Positions 24,726 to 36,500 of a DNA stretch of 64,000 nt are shown here, piece by piece. Below the pieces are notes generated by a model, which saw nothing but the letters and a program-made list of their open reading frames with translations, had not been told where the DNA came from and did not search any database. The translations under genes were made by a program, and so were the position numbers. The stretch's first letter is position 1, and each line of letters begins with the position of its first letter. Source of the DNA: Patellaria atrata CBS 101060 (taxonomy: Eukaryota); NCBI GenBank assembly GCA_010093705.1, contig MU006089.1, positions 2,405,561 through 2,469,560 of the forward strand, in the 5' to 3' direction.

Positions 24726-25793
24726 GTGAACGGAAACCGGAAACCCTCAAGGGATCTATCATTTCGCCTACCACCACGTCAATCGGTCATCCAATTAACA
24801 TCCGACGAACTTACCATGCTGCGAGAAACCATAAGAGCTCGGCACAGAAATGAGGACCTTACTCAAGATGCCTCGCAAGTCAACGAGGCAGAAGACCCAG
24901 ATGAGTTAGAAGGTCCTGTCGACAGTAGTGAGACCGTGATGCCGGACATTGAGTATCCCTTCAAACTCCCAGCCGAAGTATCGGAGGGAATGAAATACCG
25001 GTTTCGGAAGTTCTCTGGCGCTATCAAGTACGTCTACAGGACCGGTTCACAGAGTCTGACATTCCTAAACTTGACGCTAACACTGTTACAATCTGCGTGG
25101 GGAAGGAAGACAAAGAATTCGAAGTGCCAAAAAGCTTCATCCCCCATCTCTCAAGGCAGATATACGACGATGAAGATATAGAGCCATGTCTTAAGCGAAA
25201 AGAATATCACAGGTTCCCTCCAGCTACATTCCGGTATGTGGCAGAGTTCCTCAAATCTGGCGACTACACGCCACCTCTGCGAGGTGAAGACGCTGAATCT
25301 AGGTATCTCGAAGGGGTTTCTGGGGAGAATCAAATGGTTACCGCGTTCCGTAATAGCGTGAAGATATTCGAGATTGCTGCGGAGATGTTGCTTCAGGACT
25401 TGATAAATCTGGTCGCGGAGAAGATTCAATATGACAAAGTGGTCTCCGGAACTAGTTCTCAGGCTCATGCGGCGCATCTATTACACGGAAATCCAGCCCT
25501 ATGGCGACGACGAGCTGACTATGAGGCCCGTCTTACTCAACTTCATTGTCGATCAATATGAAGAGATGGAGGCCAAGTGTTCTAAACAGCTCGCTAAGAT
25601 ACTGAGTGACTTTCCAGAGTTCGGGAGGGATATAGCGGAGCGGATGCAGAGGGATGTCGATGCTGAAGCTTCATCTGACACTATGGTTATCAAAAGCGAG
25701 TGGATTTCAAGGCACAATGAAACCGGTTCTGGTATACAATATCTAACATCTATTTGTTCTCTATCTCTAGACCCATCGATAAAACCGTCATGA
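24726..25793 (+). pseudogene. BTB/POZ-like domain gene broken across three ORFs (frameshifts or unrecognised introns)
   Basis: The middle frame reads TVTICVGKEDKEFEVPKSFI...PATFRYVAEFLKSGDY...KIFEIAAEMLLQDLINLVAEKI, a fungal BTB-like pattern. The expected helical continuation LVLRLMRRIY...LRPVLLNFIVD-type segment lies in another frame from about 25430, with no intron signals at the switch. Confidence 0.5.
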
Positions 25794-25899
25794 ATCATAA
25801 AATCACTCTTCCCACCAATAATCATAGCCTATGCTATACCTACAGTACCATATCATCCATCCTGTGAATTCATCTGGGGCAAACATCTTATCTGTACCC

Positions 25900-27189
25900 T
25901 TACACACTCGATCGACGCCTCATACGACTGGCCATCCGGTACTCCACCTCGGTAGCCGTATCTCCCAATCCCTCACCCTCCCCATCAACCGTACCCTCAC
26001 TCGCCTCCTCATTCACATCCCTCCCTAAATCCGGCAACGAAGTTGTACCCCGACGTCCACCTCCCGGCGCGATCGCCACATGGTACCCAACATACCCGCC
26101 CGTCTCCTCCGTCTCAACCTCCTGCTGTACAGCAGACGCACCAGCGGCAGCGGAAGCGCCAACAGGCGCAGGAACTATATAATGGTGACGCACAGCCCGT
26201 TCTCCGCGATAGTGATGGGCCGCGTAGTACCCATGCTGGCCTCCGTCCCTGGTATGAAGGTGCGGCGGTCTGCTATACGGAACCGCGGCGGGCGGCAAGG
26301 ATTGGAAGGCGGGGGCGTACGGAGCGGGGCCTGGCCGGAGGTGGGCGGACGTAGGCGGCGCGGAGAGGTACGGAGCCGCTGCTATGGCGCCGTATGGGGG
26401 GCTGGGCGGAGCGGCGCTGAGCATAGCTTGCAGACGCCTGCTGGTCTGGAGAAGATTGAAATCCTCCGTACGCAGGAAGTCTTGCGCGCTAGGGCCCATG
26501 CGCGCTATGGCGATTCTCTGTACGGATCGGCCTCCTTGCGCGCTGGTGCGATAGTATGCTGAGGGTTGAGGCGCTACCATCGTACCGCCAGGAGGTGGCG
26601 TCACCGGGACTGCACGTTGGACTGGGGGAGTTGCTGGTACAGTACGCTCCGCTGCATGAAGATTAGTCATTGCTCTTGATTTCGTCTGGCGAAATAGAGT
26701 AAACTCACCCTCAGGTTGACCCTCCGTACGTCCTCCCTCCCGCACCGCCAAAGCATTCTCAACATTCTCGAAGTCACGGTCGAAGGCACCCGGGACGGCT
26801 CGTTGCCATTGGGATGGATTCCCAGGCAAAGTGTCGTGCCATCTCGGCGGGGCCTTTACCATCTGCCCTTCCTCCGTGTCATCGCCTAAAACCCCCTTCA
26901 AGTACGTCTTTAGATTCTCCGATGGTCGGAGGCGTTCCCAGGGCTTCAGAAACCAGTACCTGCTGTGTTTGATGTACTCTGGCTTCACGACTTGGAGATG
27001 CTCATTGTACAGATAGTGGCCACGACGAAAGAGCGGAAGAGCATGAGCAAGAGGCATGGGGTTGAGCATGCCCGAGACGTAGACGATGCGGTTGTCCTGT
27101 TTGTCGGTTGAGTGAGCGTACGCTCTGTTCAGTTGGGAGATACGATCTTCCTTTTCGGTACTGGTAGGGTGACCTGGACGGTGGAACAT
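25900..27189 (-). CDS. Orphan protein, 429 aa, Pro/Ala-rich C-terminal half (tandem paralog A)
   Basis: Long ATG-started intronless ORF with GC-rich coding-like composition. Its N-terminal motif is shared with the ORF at 28074-28487. Confidence 0.7.
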   Translation of the reverse strand: MFHRPGHPTSTEKEDRISQLNRAYAHSTDKQDNRIVYVSGMLNPMPLAHALPLFRRGHYLYNEHLQVVKPEYIKHSRYWFLKPWERLRPSENLKTYLKGVLGDDTEEGQMVKAPPRWHDTLPGNPSQWQRAVPGAFDRDFENVENALAVREGGRTEGQPEGEFTLFRQTKSRAMTNLHAAERTVPATPPVQRAVPVTPPPGGTMVAPQPSAYYRTSAQGGRSVQRIAIARMGPSAQDFLRTEDFNLLQTSRRLQAMLSAAPPSPPYGAIAAAPYLSAPPTSAHLRPGPAPYAPAFQSLPPAAVPYSRPPHLHTRDGGQHGYYAAHHYRGERAVRHHYIVPAPVGASAAAGASAVQQEVETEETGGYVGYHVAIAPGGGRRGTTSLPDLGRDVNEEASEGTVDGEGEGLGDTATEVEYRMASRMRRRSSV

Positions 27190-27691
27190 TGTACCGGATT
27201 TTTATTTGGGGAACGAAGCAGAATGAATTGGTAGTTTGTATCGTAGAAGATATGAAATGTATGTATTGAGGATTCCAAAAAGAAGGGATTGCGGATTGTG
27301 AGGTGCAGGAAGGTTGCTCTGTTGGGAACGGATTTTATGTCCTTCGGGAAAAATATGGGGAGATGTTTATAAACAACACGTCCTACGACTTCAGTTAAGC
27401 ATTGTGTCCAAGGAAGGTGTGGTAATACGTACCTTAACCTTCGGCAAGCACAGAAAGATCGGAATAATGATCACCAGGGATTGAAGTTACACAGTGAATT
27501 GGAAAGCACGAGAATCACAGAGGTGAAAGTAGGAAACCTTGTGCCCTGTAGGATTACAAGTTTGTTACCCTCAATGAAGAAACATTATATCGTAGAACCA
27601 TCATCCCAGAACAGGAAACTACCACCACCCGCCTCAGAATTACCCCTTTACCCTTAACCCCGCTTCTCTTCACGCAGACAACGACACAGCC

Positions 27692-28487
27692 CTACTCAAG
27701 ATCAAAGGCAATTCTGGAAAGAAGGCGACGATGAGTCGGCGGGGCCGACAACGACATCTTGCGAGAGCGTCCAATTCCTACCTTCCTCTCACCATAAGCA
27801 TCACTTACCGGTGTATTCGCAACGGAGGATTGGGTGGGCCGCCCAAAGCCAATGGGATTTGGGAACGGTCCAGCCCCGACCGGAACCGGGCAGACCGTCG
27901 GTGTGAGGGCCTCAGGGGTCCTGAAGAAGCCCCAAGGTAGCCCGCGGCAGGAGGGTGATGGTTGCGAAGCAGGACGAGAAACCAGTCTATCACGCATTTT
28001 CTCCTCTTCATACAGTCGAGCCCAGTTGACGATTCCTAGCGGGATTAGCCACACGTGCGGGGCCCAGGGAATTTCAGTACGAACCAGCTCCATAGACTCC
28101 ACGGGACTTATAGATATCCTCCGTCTCCACCGGGAATGGTAACGGAGCGCGTCGTGCCGTGCCCCACGTTGACCTCGCGAAGGTCTTTGCGCGAATATGC
28201 GCCCTTCGTACACTCTGGACCTCCTCGAACTGAGGTTTGAACGCAGACTCATCTACATCCAGGTGAATGCTCGCGCGATATGCTGGGTGAAGTGCGCTAT
28301 CTGAAGGCTCTACCGTCATCTCTGTGCGGTTCACGTAGCTTGTCGGTTGTACTGGGTTGAAATGCATGTCATACAGTTCTCTGCCCCTACGAACATAATA
28401 CAGGCTGTGTGATGCCGGGACAGGTTTCACTTGGCCGCTAACGTGGACCCACTCCCGCTGCTGCTCTTGTTTCTTTTCTTGGGCCAT
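27692..28487 (-). CDS. Orphan protein (tandem paralog B); ATG at 28487, first frame stops at 28074, probable continuation in the 27692-28252 frame
   Basis: MAQEKKQEQQREWVHVSGQVKPVPASHSLYYVRRGRELYDMHFNPVQP aligns by eye to paralog A. An overlapping second frame gives a Pro-rich tail like that of paralog A. Confidence 0.5.
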
Positions 28488-29898
28488 TTTAAGCGTGGTA
28501 TGATGATATGGTTGGTAAAGAGTTTGCGAAAGGTATGTTGTGCTGCAGGCGACCGAGGATTTGACAATGTTTAGATATGAAGAGACACAATGGTTACGGT
28601 GAGTCGAGGTGAAGAACAACTCTTCAAGAGAAGAGCTATGTTTGTGGATGCGCCCCAAAAGCCGAAAGGTGAATTGAAAGTGAAAATAGAGGTAGCTTTC
28701 TCAGTTTCACAAAGGTAATTTTTGCAGTGTACCGCAACGATTGGTGTTGGCCGCGGGGGATTCCCCCGCCGCTCAATGCCACTCTATATTGTGTCGTTCT
28801 CCGCGCATGTGAGGCCACATCCTAGTTGAAGAAACGGCTGAATAAACAACATCAAGTTGCACAGGTCGTATGTCTGTTCGAAAAGAGATGGCTGTTTTAA
28901 TGCTCGGGGGTGAATACGTGGGGTCCAGGCCGTAAATGGAAGGCTGATATCTTTACTGAGCTCCATTTCGTCACAATCCGATGGTCGTATTGATGGCCAC
29001 ATCATTTCATATTGATTTACATACTAATAATTCTTCTATCCTAAATCTCAAATCCAGTAAAACCACAATACAGTGATTTAGGGGTTGGTAGTACGGAGTT
29101 TATTGGATTGGTAGTATTCTTTCTGATTCATATCTGACAGAGAAACGGGTAGTCCTTTGCGGAGTTTAGAAGGGTTCCAGTCCATGTTTGGTTTTTCAGA
29201 TAACTTTTGATTCTTTCTTCCTTGACTTTGTGGTTCTTTTCTGGTGGAAGAGATAGGTACTCTTCCCAGAGTGACCCAGGTCCCATGGCAAGCTAGTTGT
29301 GGATAGCATCGCGTGTGTTCCTTTTCCATAGTTTGACTCCAGTGCCAGTAATTCACCGTCTAGAATGGATGTTCTGGGGATAAATAGAGCATAGTCCTGT
29401 AGTTCATAAGGTGACTTCCAGCGATGAGCATTGAAAAAATGTACCTTCCCTAATCCCGCTTAAGACGAAAAGATCAAACGCTTAATAACAAATGACTTTG
29501 TTCCCAAATACTTTTGGGCAGATAAAGTTTGATCATAATGAAGACTGCGTATCAAATCTTGGTGCGCAATACGCAATGCGAGACGAGAAGTTGAGGTTGA
29601 TTAACTTTAATACTGTACGAGCGCGGGGAATTTCAAGTCAACGCTGATTGTATTTCATTGCAAGTGAGTCGTTGAGTTAAGGAGAGGCAGACGCGATGAA
29701 GAAACAAGCTTTTGACCCTGGTCATGCCAATGTGACAAATGCTACAACTAGCCTACAAAGGTACCATTTGCAACCACTTGTGAAACGACTTAGGTTTCTG
29801 CCGAACGACTTCACCGCGAAACGATTTCACGGAGTAGAGTACTATTAGTTTCAAGCATATCATTGAATTTTCGAGAACTAAATGATCGAAGCATAAGC

Positions 29899-31520
29899 TC
29901 ATGCTTTCACCTTTAAAACCCACCCCTTAAGGAAGCCTCGAGCTGCACCCATGAAGACACCTCCGCAGAGTATCAAGACTCCTCCAAAGATCCACGTTGA
30001 CGTGAAACCAGAACTATCCACAATTGCTCCAGCTATAGGAGTCCCTGTCAATACGCCCAGGCCGATCAATGAAAAAGCCATGCCCACCCGTGTCCCTATC
30101 AGCGTGCGATTGGTCGTCAAGCTGAACATTACAGCAGGCGGAACGGAGACGAATGTCCCGGAGAAAAAGCCGTAGAGTAACGCGAAGACAATTATAGCTC
30201 CGAGTGACCGAACTGGGATTAGACAGAGAGCTAATGTTCCAGTAATGAACGTCGAAGGAATCATTACATTGAATGGTCCAATTTTGTCAGCTATGATGTT
30301 TGGAATTATCCGTCCAAAGATGGAGCTTGCATTCAGAATGGGTAGCAGATAAAATGAAAGATCCGCGCTAGTAATGTTGTGTACTAAAGAGTATAACTGC
30401 ATGTAGAAGAATGGTAAATATAGGCCCATGAAGGCGATGCCACAACCAGTGACAAAAAAGACGAATGGAAGCTCCCGAAACGCACTCAGGTCTATAAGTT
30501 TACGTTTTGCTGGTGGTAAGATACGGACTTTCATGCAGGTGTTGGGTATCAATAGCGTGGCCAGTACTAGAAATCCAATAATCCGAACGGCCCATGGAAA
30601 TCCCACTTGAGGTTGAAGCTTGTTGAGCATGATAGGGTAGATGACACCACCTATTAGGTGAATGTTAGATCTTGCGACAGAAGAGAGGGTACCGTTTGTC
30701 TTGATAGACTAGTACATACCTAAACTGCTGCCGGATGCCGCTATTCCGGTGGCGGTGGCAATTCTAGTAGTAAAATAGGTTGATAGAATTGCAACACTAG
30801 GAACAAACAAACATCCACAGCCCACACCAATACAAAAAGCTTGCGCTAGTAATATCTGATAGTATTCAGTACAAAGACTAACCATCATATGTCCAAAGAC
30901 TATCAGGAAAGATCCGGTTAGAAGCAGTTCATGGAAGTAGCCCGCATCATAAAGAGGTCCAGTTAGGGCACCCACAAACAATAACAGATACGCCTGGTTA
31001 AAACGTCAGTACTGCCATTGAAGCTCGAATCCGATACGTACCTGAATACTCCCTATCCAACTTATGCTTGAAGGGGAGCTCAACGTGATAATTTCCCGCT
31101 CATATATCGTCTGATAGACCCCAAATGTGTTTACAACTCCCCTACAGGAAAGTTAGTAAGAAAGCCAAACACATATAGCGCAAGACTGAAATTAGACATA
31201 TGATCCAATTTTCTGAGAAGGTATTGTTGGGAAAACGGGACTCACCAAGTGTTAAAGAATAGGACAAACGCCCCTACGACCTGAAGCCATGCTCTTAGAC
31301 CACCATTTGGGATAGAAGAAGTATCATTCGCATGTGCCTTTCTATGAGCCTTAGGCGACTCTTGCGTATCAACGTTGACCATTTCTAGTGCTGCTTGCGA
31401 GGGTGTGTCTTCAGACGAGGGTAACTTTTCTCCTGGTATCAGCTTCTCAATTCGTTCAACCCAACTGTCGGTACTCTGCAGGGATATCTGCTCAAGTTTG
31501 CTGGCTTCAGATGCAGCCAT
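29899..31520 (-). CDS. MFS monocarboxylate-porter-like transporter (Mch/Mct family); introns 31142-31245, 30994-31041, 30651-30719
   Basis: IPNGGLRAWLQVVGAFVLFFNTW|GVVNTFGVYQ, SWIGSIQ|AYLL, GIAASGSSLG|GVIYP, ASSIFGRIIP and GTRVGM motifs. All junctions are GT-AG and in frame. Confidence 0.92.
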
Positions 31521-32029
31521 TATCAGAGGAGCGGAAGCACCCGACAGCAAGCGCGAACAAGCGAATAATCGGATCAGATCCAGAAAGATGATAGAGGATC
31601 GGTTGTATCATATAAACACATGAGAAGTGCTGGCAGCTGTGGATCGAGAAGTTGGAGACTTTAGGTACATTTTGAAGATGGAAGTACAGTCTACTTACTA
31701 ATTTCTCACCCATGGAAAAAAAAATGGAGGCGAAATGATAAAACCGAGGCCAGACTTACAGACTTTCGTCTTTGGTCGCAAAATTGGTTTTGGCAATTAC
31801 CCATTCTCGCGCTCTGAATTGCCGATATCTCGCAGCCCAGGTGATCGGCAATCATGTCTAGAACTAGTGCGTCATCGGCTACATGAGGTGAGAGCAGAAA
31901 ATGTCAAGCTCTAATTATTATACGGTGTTCAACAATATCTGGCTTACTTCTAGCAATCTTGATAGTTCTACACTCATGCTGGTGTAAAGGCGAGCAAGTC
32001 TTTTGCGTATCTTATAGCACATCGCCGTT

Positions 32030-32320
32030 CAATATGTATATAGGAAGTTATACTAAACCTAGAGGTTAGATGTATATCTTTATATAACCAAGCTTAAGCC
32101 CAGGAAGGGCAAGCTTTCAAGTAAGAGCTAACTAACTAAGCCGTGCGTGGAGGGGATTCGAAGTACTAAGGTAAGATTTAGGTCTAAATTACTAGATACG
32201 GTTAAAGGCGTTCAGTTCATTATCACTTGAACGCAGCTCCGCTCAGCTCCATTTAGAAGTGGCCTAAACAGGGCCCTATACGTTTTAGTTCAAAAAATAA
32301 TCACTAATAATAGCTATTTC
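32030..32320. mobile_element. Short AT/TpA-rich relic, possibly a RIP-mutated transposon fragment
   Basis: Abrupt TpA enrichment and apparent CpA/TpG depletion (tatactaaacctagaggttagatgtatatctttatataacc...). No recognisable ORF or termini. Confidence 0.3.
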
Positions 32321-32791
32321 ATGCGGGTTTTGTAACTCATACATTTGCAGCATTCCTCAAAGTAAAAAACTATTCCGATGAAAACGCCTGATGATGAGGA
32401 CTGGTACGAAATCAGGGTTGGATCTGTTGGGTATTTATGGGATTGAACAGTCCACCGAAGAAAAACTTTTGTATATGAACATCCAATCCAAGCCGTAATC
32501 GATCGGACTGTAAGCCCAAAGGAAAATGCAGATATATGGTCAGTAAGTCTTGAACTGCTCCTCCGTGAAAGCATGAAAATTTTCCCCGAAATTATTTTCT
32601 AACCATGCTCACCGACATGTACAAATTCCATGACGCTGAGGGAATCCCCGCAATATGCCAAAACGGAGAAGAAAAAAAAGGGGGAACAAATACACAAAGA
32701 TCATCAAATGAAGTGCAGTAAAACGCCAAAATCGCTCGCTATGCAAAAGCCAAATCATTAGTTCATAAAATAATCCAAGGGAGCACTGAGA

Positions 32792-35153
32792 CTACTGCTG
32801 TAGTCCGGCACCAACATACGACCTATTAAGTCGACGCTCGGGAGAGTCTTGGGTATCATATTTGACGGATTCCTCCCAGTCCAGATTTTGTAACACCCTA
32901 TAGGGTACATCATTCGAAAGAGGGCCCCGAATAGCCCTTTGACGCCGCGACTCTCTTTCGGCCACCACACTTCGTAGGAGTTCAAGCACTTCGGAGGTCG
33001 GCAGTCGCTCATTCAGTGTTTGACTGCTAAAAATAGACCGAAGAACAGAGAATGGGAGAGACAAGAAAATGCTAGATAATATTCTTGTGATAAAGCTCAT
33101 TTGAGTGATCTCTGTAGCAGGGAGGTCCCCAAATTGAATACGACTAAGACGAGGGTTTGCTGTGGATGGGCGAGACTCTTCCATGATTGGTAGCCTAGGA
33201 ATTCCACGAAGTTCAGGTACAGAGTTGATGAAGTTGAATCCTGGCGGTATATTCGAACAAAGGAAGTCGACAATATCCGTTAGAAGGGCATCACCGTACT
33301 TTCCATACGCTAGCATTTGAGTTGGCAATTCATTCTCGCTCTTATCTTGTTGAGATGTTGAGAGATTCGATGCCGGATCCCTCGGCTCGAAATTCTCGAA
33401 CCCAGCTGCAAGGGTGAAGTCCAGGACCTGCTCCACTGTGTCCCAACGTAATAACTCTTTGGCTATCTTCAAGCCCCTAGCGGTAATGTCAGATATTCCA
33501 AGGAAATAACCGGCGGCTACGTAGGCTAAAGCACCATCCATTCGTTGCCGTGCTATTCCGAAGATACTGAGATCACCAGTCTTAGAGTCAAAGTTTTCAA
33601 GTTCGGAAGTAAACATCCCAGTCTCAAGCAGCTCGCCACCGTAGAGGAACTTGAGAGCATCTGCGAAAGCTTCGCCAGTACAAAATCTATCGGTGATCTG
33701 CACTTTCAAGATTTTACGGCCGTCCGCATACGCTGGGTTATTGGCATGTTCTTGAATTACGCGTAGAAGTCTAGGACTGCGAGCGATAATGATTCCATGA
33801 ACCGGCAACGCAAAGAGTCGGCTGCCCATTCGAGATTCTGAGAGTTCCAGGATATAGTCTGCAAAATCATGCGTACCAAACTGTGAGACTAGATACTCCC
33901 GCAAAGATTGTTGTTCTCGGATTAATCGTTTTTGTGCAGCCATATTTGGCGTGACGAAGCCATTCTGCAGAGGGACATGATTTAGCCGCTCCCCGGTGGG
34001 CATAACTGGAAATTGTTGTGAAGGGTGTTGAGGCGGATTGATTACTTCATTATCATTGTGCGCTGAAGACGCCTGGGATCCAGGCTGTGAGCCCGATACA
34101 CCGCGGTCAATGGGAGAAATGGGGAATGGTGGCGGGAAGGTATGTTGATTGGCCATTGGATACGGTATCTGTCCATTCTGTGTATATGAGGATCTTCCAA
34201 ACTGTGGGGGATGATGCTGGTCTCTGCTGATAGGATACAGACCTTGCGGACCCATTCCCATAGGAGGATACATCATGTGCGGATCTGAAAGGTGATGCAT
34301 GTGTCCAGGGGGGAAGAAGGGATGTGGGGGGAACGGTGGATTGATAAAGCTGGCAGGATGCGGTGGATAATGCGGCGGTCCGGCGGAATGGGGTGGGGCT
34401 GGCGAAGAACTAGAGGAATCGGCGTAACCACCAAAAACGACGCTGTTGATACTGGGTCGCGGATGATGCATCGAATGATTATTACCGGAAGGTGGAAATT
34501 GGGGAAAGGTGATAGATGCTGTTGAAGGCGGCCTGGATCGAAGCCCCGCAGGGACAAAAGGTGGTGGAAATTCCATTGAGTTCGTAGGAGGTGATACGGA
34601 GGACATGATGGCGCTTTTATGTCCTGTGTACGCATCTTTCCTTGCTCCAGGTTGAGTTGATGCTTCTTCGGAGATTTCTTCTACTTGTGAGGTTGCTTGG
34701 TGATCTATACTTCCATTTGAACCAACATCTGGAGAGTGATTTAGAGTTCCTAACGAGAAGAATTAGATCAGTAAAGTCAATGTATCTATCAGAAAGTGAC
34801 CAACCTTCTATATCAGCTTTTGCAACACCAGGGTGCAGCTCAGGGAGCGAGACTTCTTCATCATGACCAGGAGTATCAGAAATATTTCTATCTCCTACGA
34901 AGGCTTTAGATTCTGGTGTATGAAGCTCATGCCGGCTAGCTGTAACTGTATCCTGTTCCACTTCTTGCCCATTCACCGATAAGTTCCGCTCTGGTGTTGA
35001 TTCTGGGGCATCCTCGGGTGTGATTCGCTGTTTTGGGTAGGTTGGACGAGAAAATGCGAGCGGAACTGCAGGTATGATACGAGGAATAATGGGCGTAGGC
35101 CTGGAGTTCTTCGTTGACGTAGGGCGAGCGGTGTCGGCAGTGTAAGGTGCCAT
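32792..35153 (-). CDS. Conserved fungal hypothetical protein with a Pro-rich N-terminus and a BTB-like domain; intron 34750-34804
   Basis: Splicing joins the 178-aa and 604-aa ORFs in frame. SQFGTHDFADYILEL...LPVHGIIIARSPRL...FADALKFLYG is a BTB-like pattern, followed by NPRLSRIQFGD and ILSSIFLSLPF. Confidence 0.8.
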
Positions 35154-35859
35154 TTCGTGCAGAAAATTTCCAAAACGACTTCGACGACAATAAGGCCAGC
35201 GTCTCCAAGATAATTGCGGATTGAGTGCTCATCAATTATCCTGGAGCGCCTAGTAGGGAGGAATGAGTGTGTTGGAGGGAGTGTGAAGGTGACGAAAGTG
35301 AGAGAGTCAGGCTTTGCCTGGTTGGATCGTTGGGTTTGGATGGATGTGGGGAGATGTCCAGGTCCTATTTCGCTTCTTCGCAAAACTTCCTCCGAACATC
35401 GACGAAAAGCCCCTTGGAAAGTTTGAGACCGAGATGGATTCTGAATTCAAACGCGGTTTGAACTGTCCGCTCAAGATATGGTGTTGAATTTGATGTCGGG
35501 TGGTAGACCGGGAGGATAACACTGAGTGCAAATTCCCCGGATTGCTACTGTATGACAATATCCACCTCAGCTTCCGCCACAGTCTGAATTTGGATAATCC
35601 GGCCCACCGAATTGGTACGATGCTTAGTAAAGATTGAATAGATGCCTGTTGACGGGAGCATGTAGAAGTAATGATCATCAATCTGTTGCGAAACATGACC
35701 TGAGTCCTGCCCGGACCAAGGTAGACCTAAACGTAGAATCCATAGAGCTACCTGGTCCCAGAGAGGTATTGGACCTTCAGATGGAATGTGTCTAATTAAA
35801 AAAAACTCGGACTCTCTTGCCGATTCACTAAAAACAAACACCCATACAATCTTACCATT

Positions 35860-36500
35860 ATCGTTATTATTAAGGTACAAAATATCAATTTTACAGTTAG
35901 GTAAAAATTTTACTCGCTCAAACTAATAGATAAGATGCGACATAGTTACAGAGTACATTAAGCTAAGAAATACGTAGTCATGAAGTCGAAAATTTTACCC
36001 CTGACGAACCATAACGAGCCATAACGAGCCATAACGAGCCACAACGTGGCCGGATCTTCTTCTTCTTCTTCTTCTTAAAAAAACACACATGAGCTTGATC
36101 GTGCAGCTCGTAGTATTCTCCTCAACGGACTTTATAGCTCTTAGCACATAAATGGGGCCCTCAGTAACGCGGTGGCCGTGCCGTACGTTTTACTGTTCGT
36201 TATTCTGTACGTAGAGCCGTCTACAGCACGTATCTCGTGCCGGATCTAGTACGGTATACAGCACGTAGACCGTACGTTGAGCCGTATCTGGTGCCGTACA
36301 GATCGCTCCTCTAAGCCCTATCTGAGGTATCTGAGGCCGTATCTGTGCCCAATAGATCGCTCAGTTGAGCTCTGTTGTGGTGTTTATTATGAAATCTCTT
36401 ACGGTACAACGTAGGCATTAGCTTATATTTACCAAATATCAAAGACAGAGGATTTTAACGGCTTTTTATTGATATTGGAATTGAGACAAAATAAGCCTAT
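35860..36500. mobile_element. Repeat-rich relic containing a 10-bp tandem repeat, a (TCT)n tract and internal direct repeats
   Basis: (ACGAGCCATA)~4 at 36004-36046 and (TCT)7 at 36055-36076 followed by an A tract. GCCGTATCTG..TGCC..AGATCGCTC is duplicated at about 36281-36308 and 36336-36362. The flanks are TpA-rich. Confidence 0.4.

Noticed and set aside
27640..27661. Telomere-like TTACCCC/TTAACCCC run
   Set aside because: Only about 3 degenerate units with no exact (CCCTAA)n. Too short for an interstitial telomere or telomerase RNA template call.
31142..31245. Internal branch/acceptor in MFS intron 1 (and likewise in the J-domain gene intron 62133-62293) hinting at a stwintron
   Set aside because: Excising the inner segment does not rebuild a convincing external donor while keeping the reading frame. 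A single intron explains each gene.
32387..32415. CTGATGA...GAAA suggesting a hammerhead ribozyme core, and ATGATGA suggesting a snoRNA C box
   Set aside because: The bases between CTGATGA and GAAA do not close stem II, I found no stems I/III, and there is no suitably placed D box with a terminal stem.
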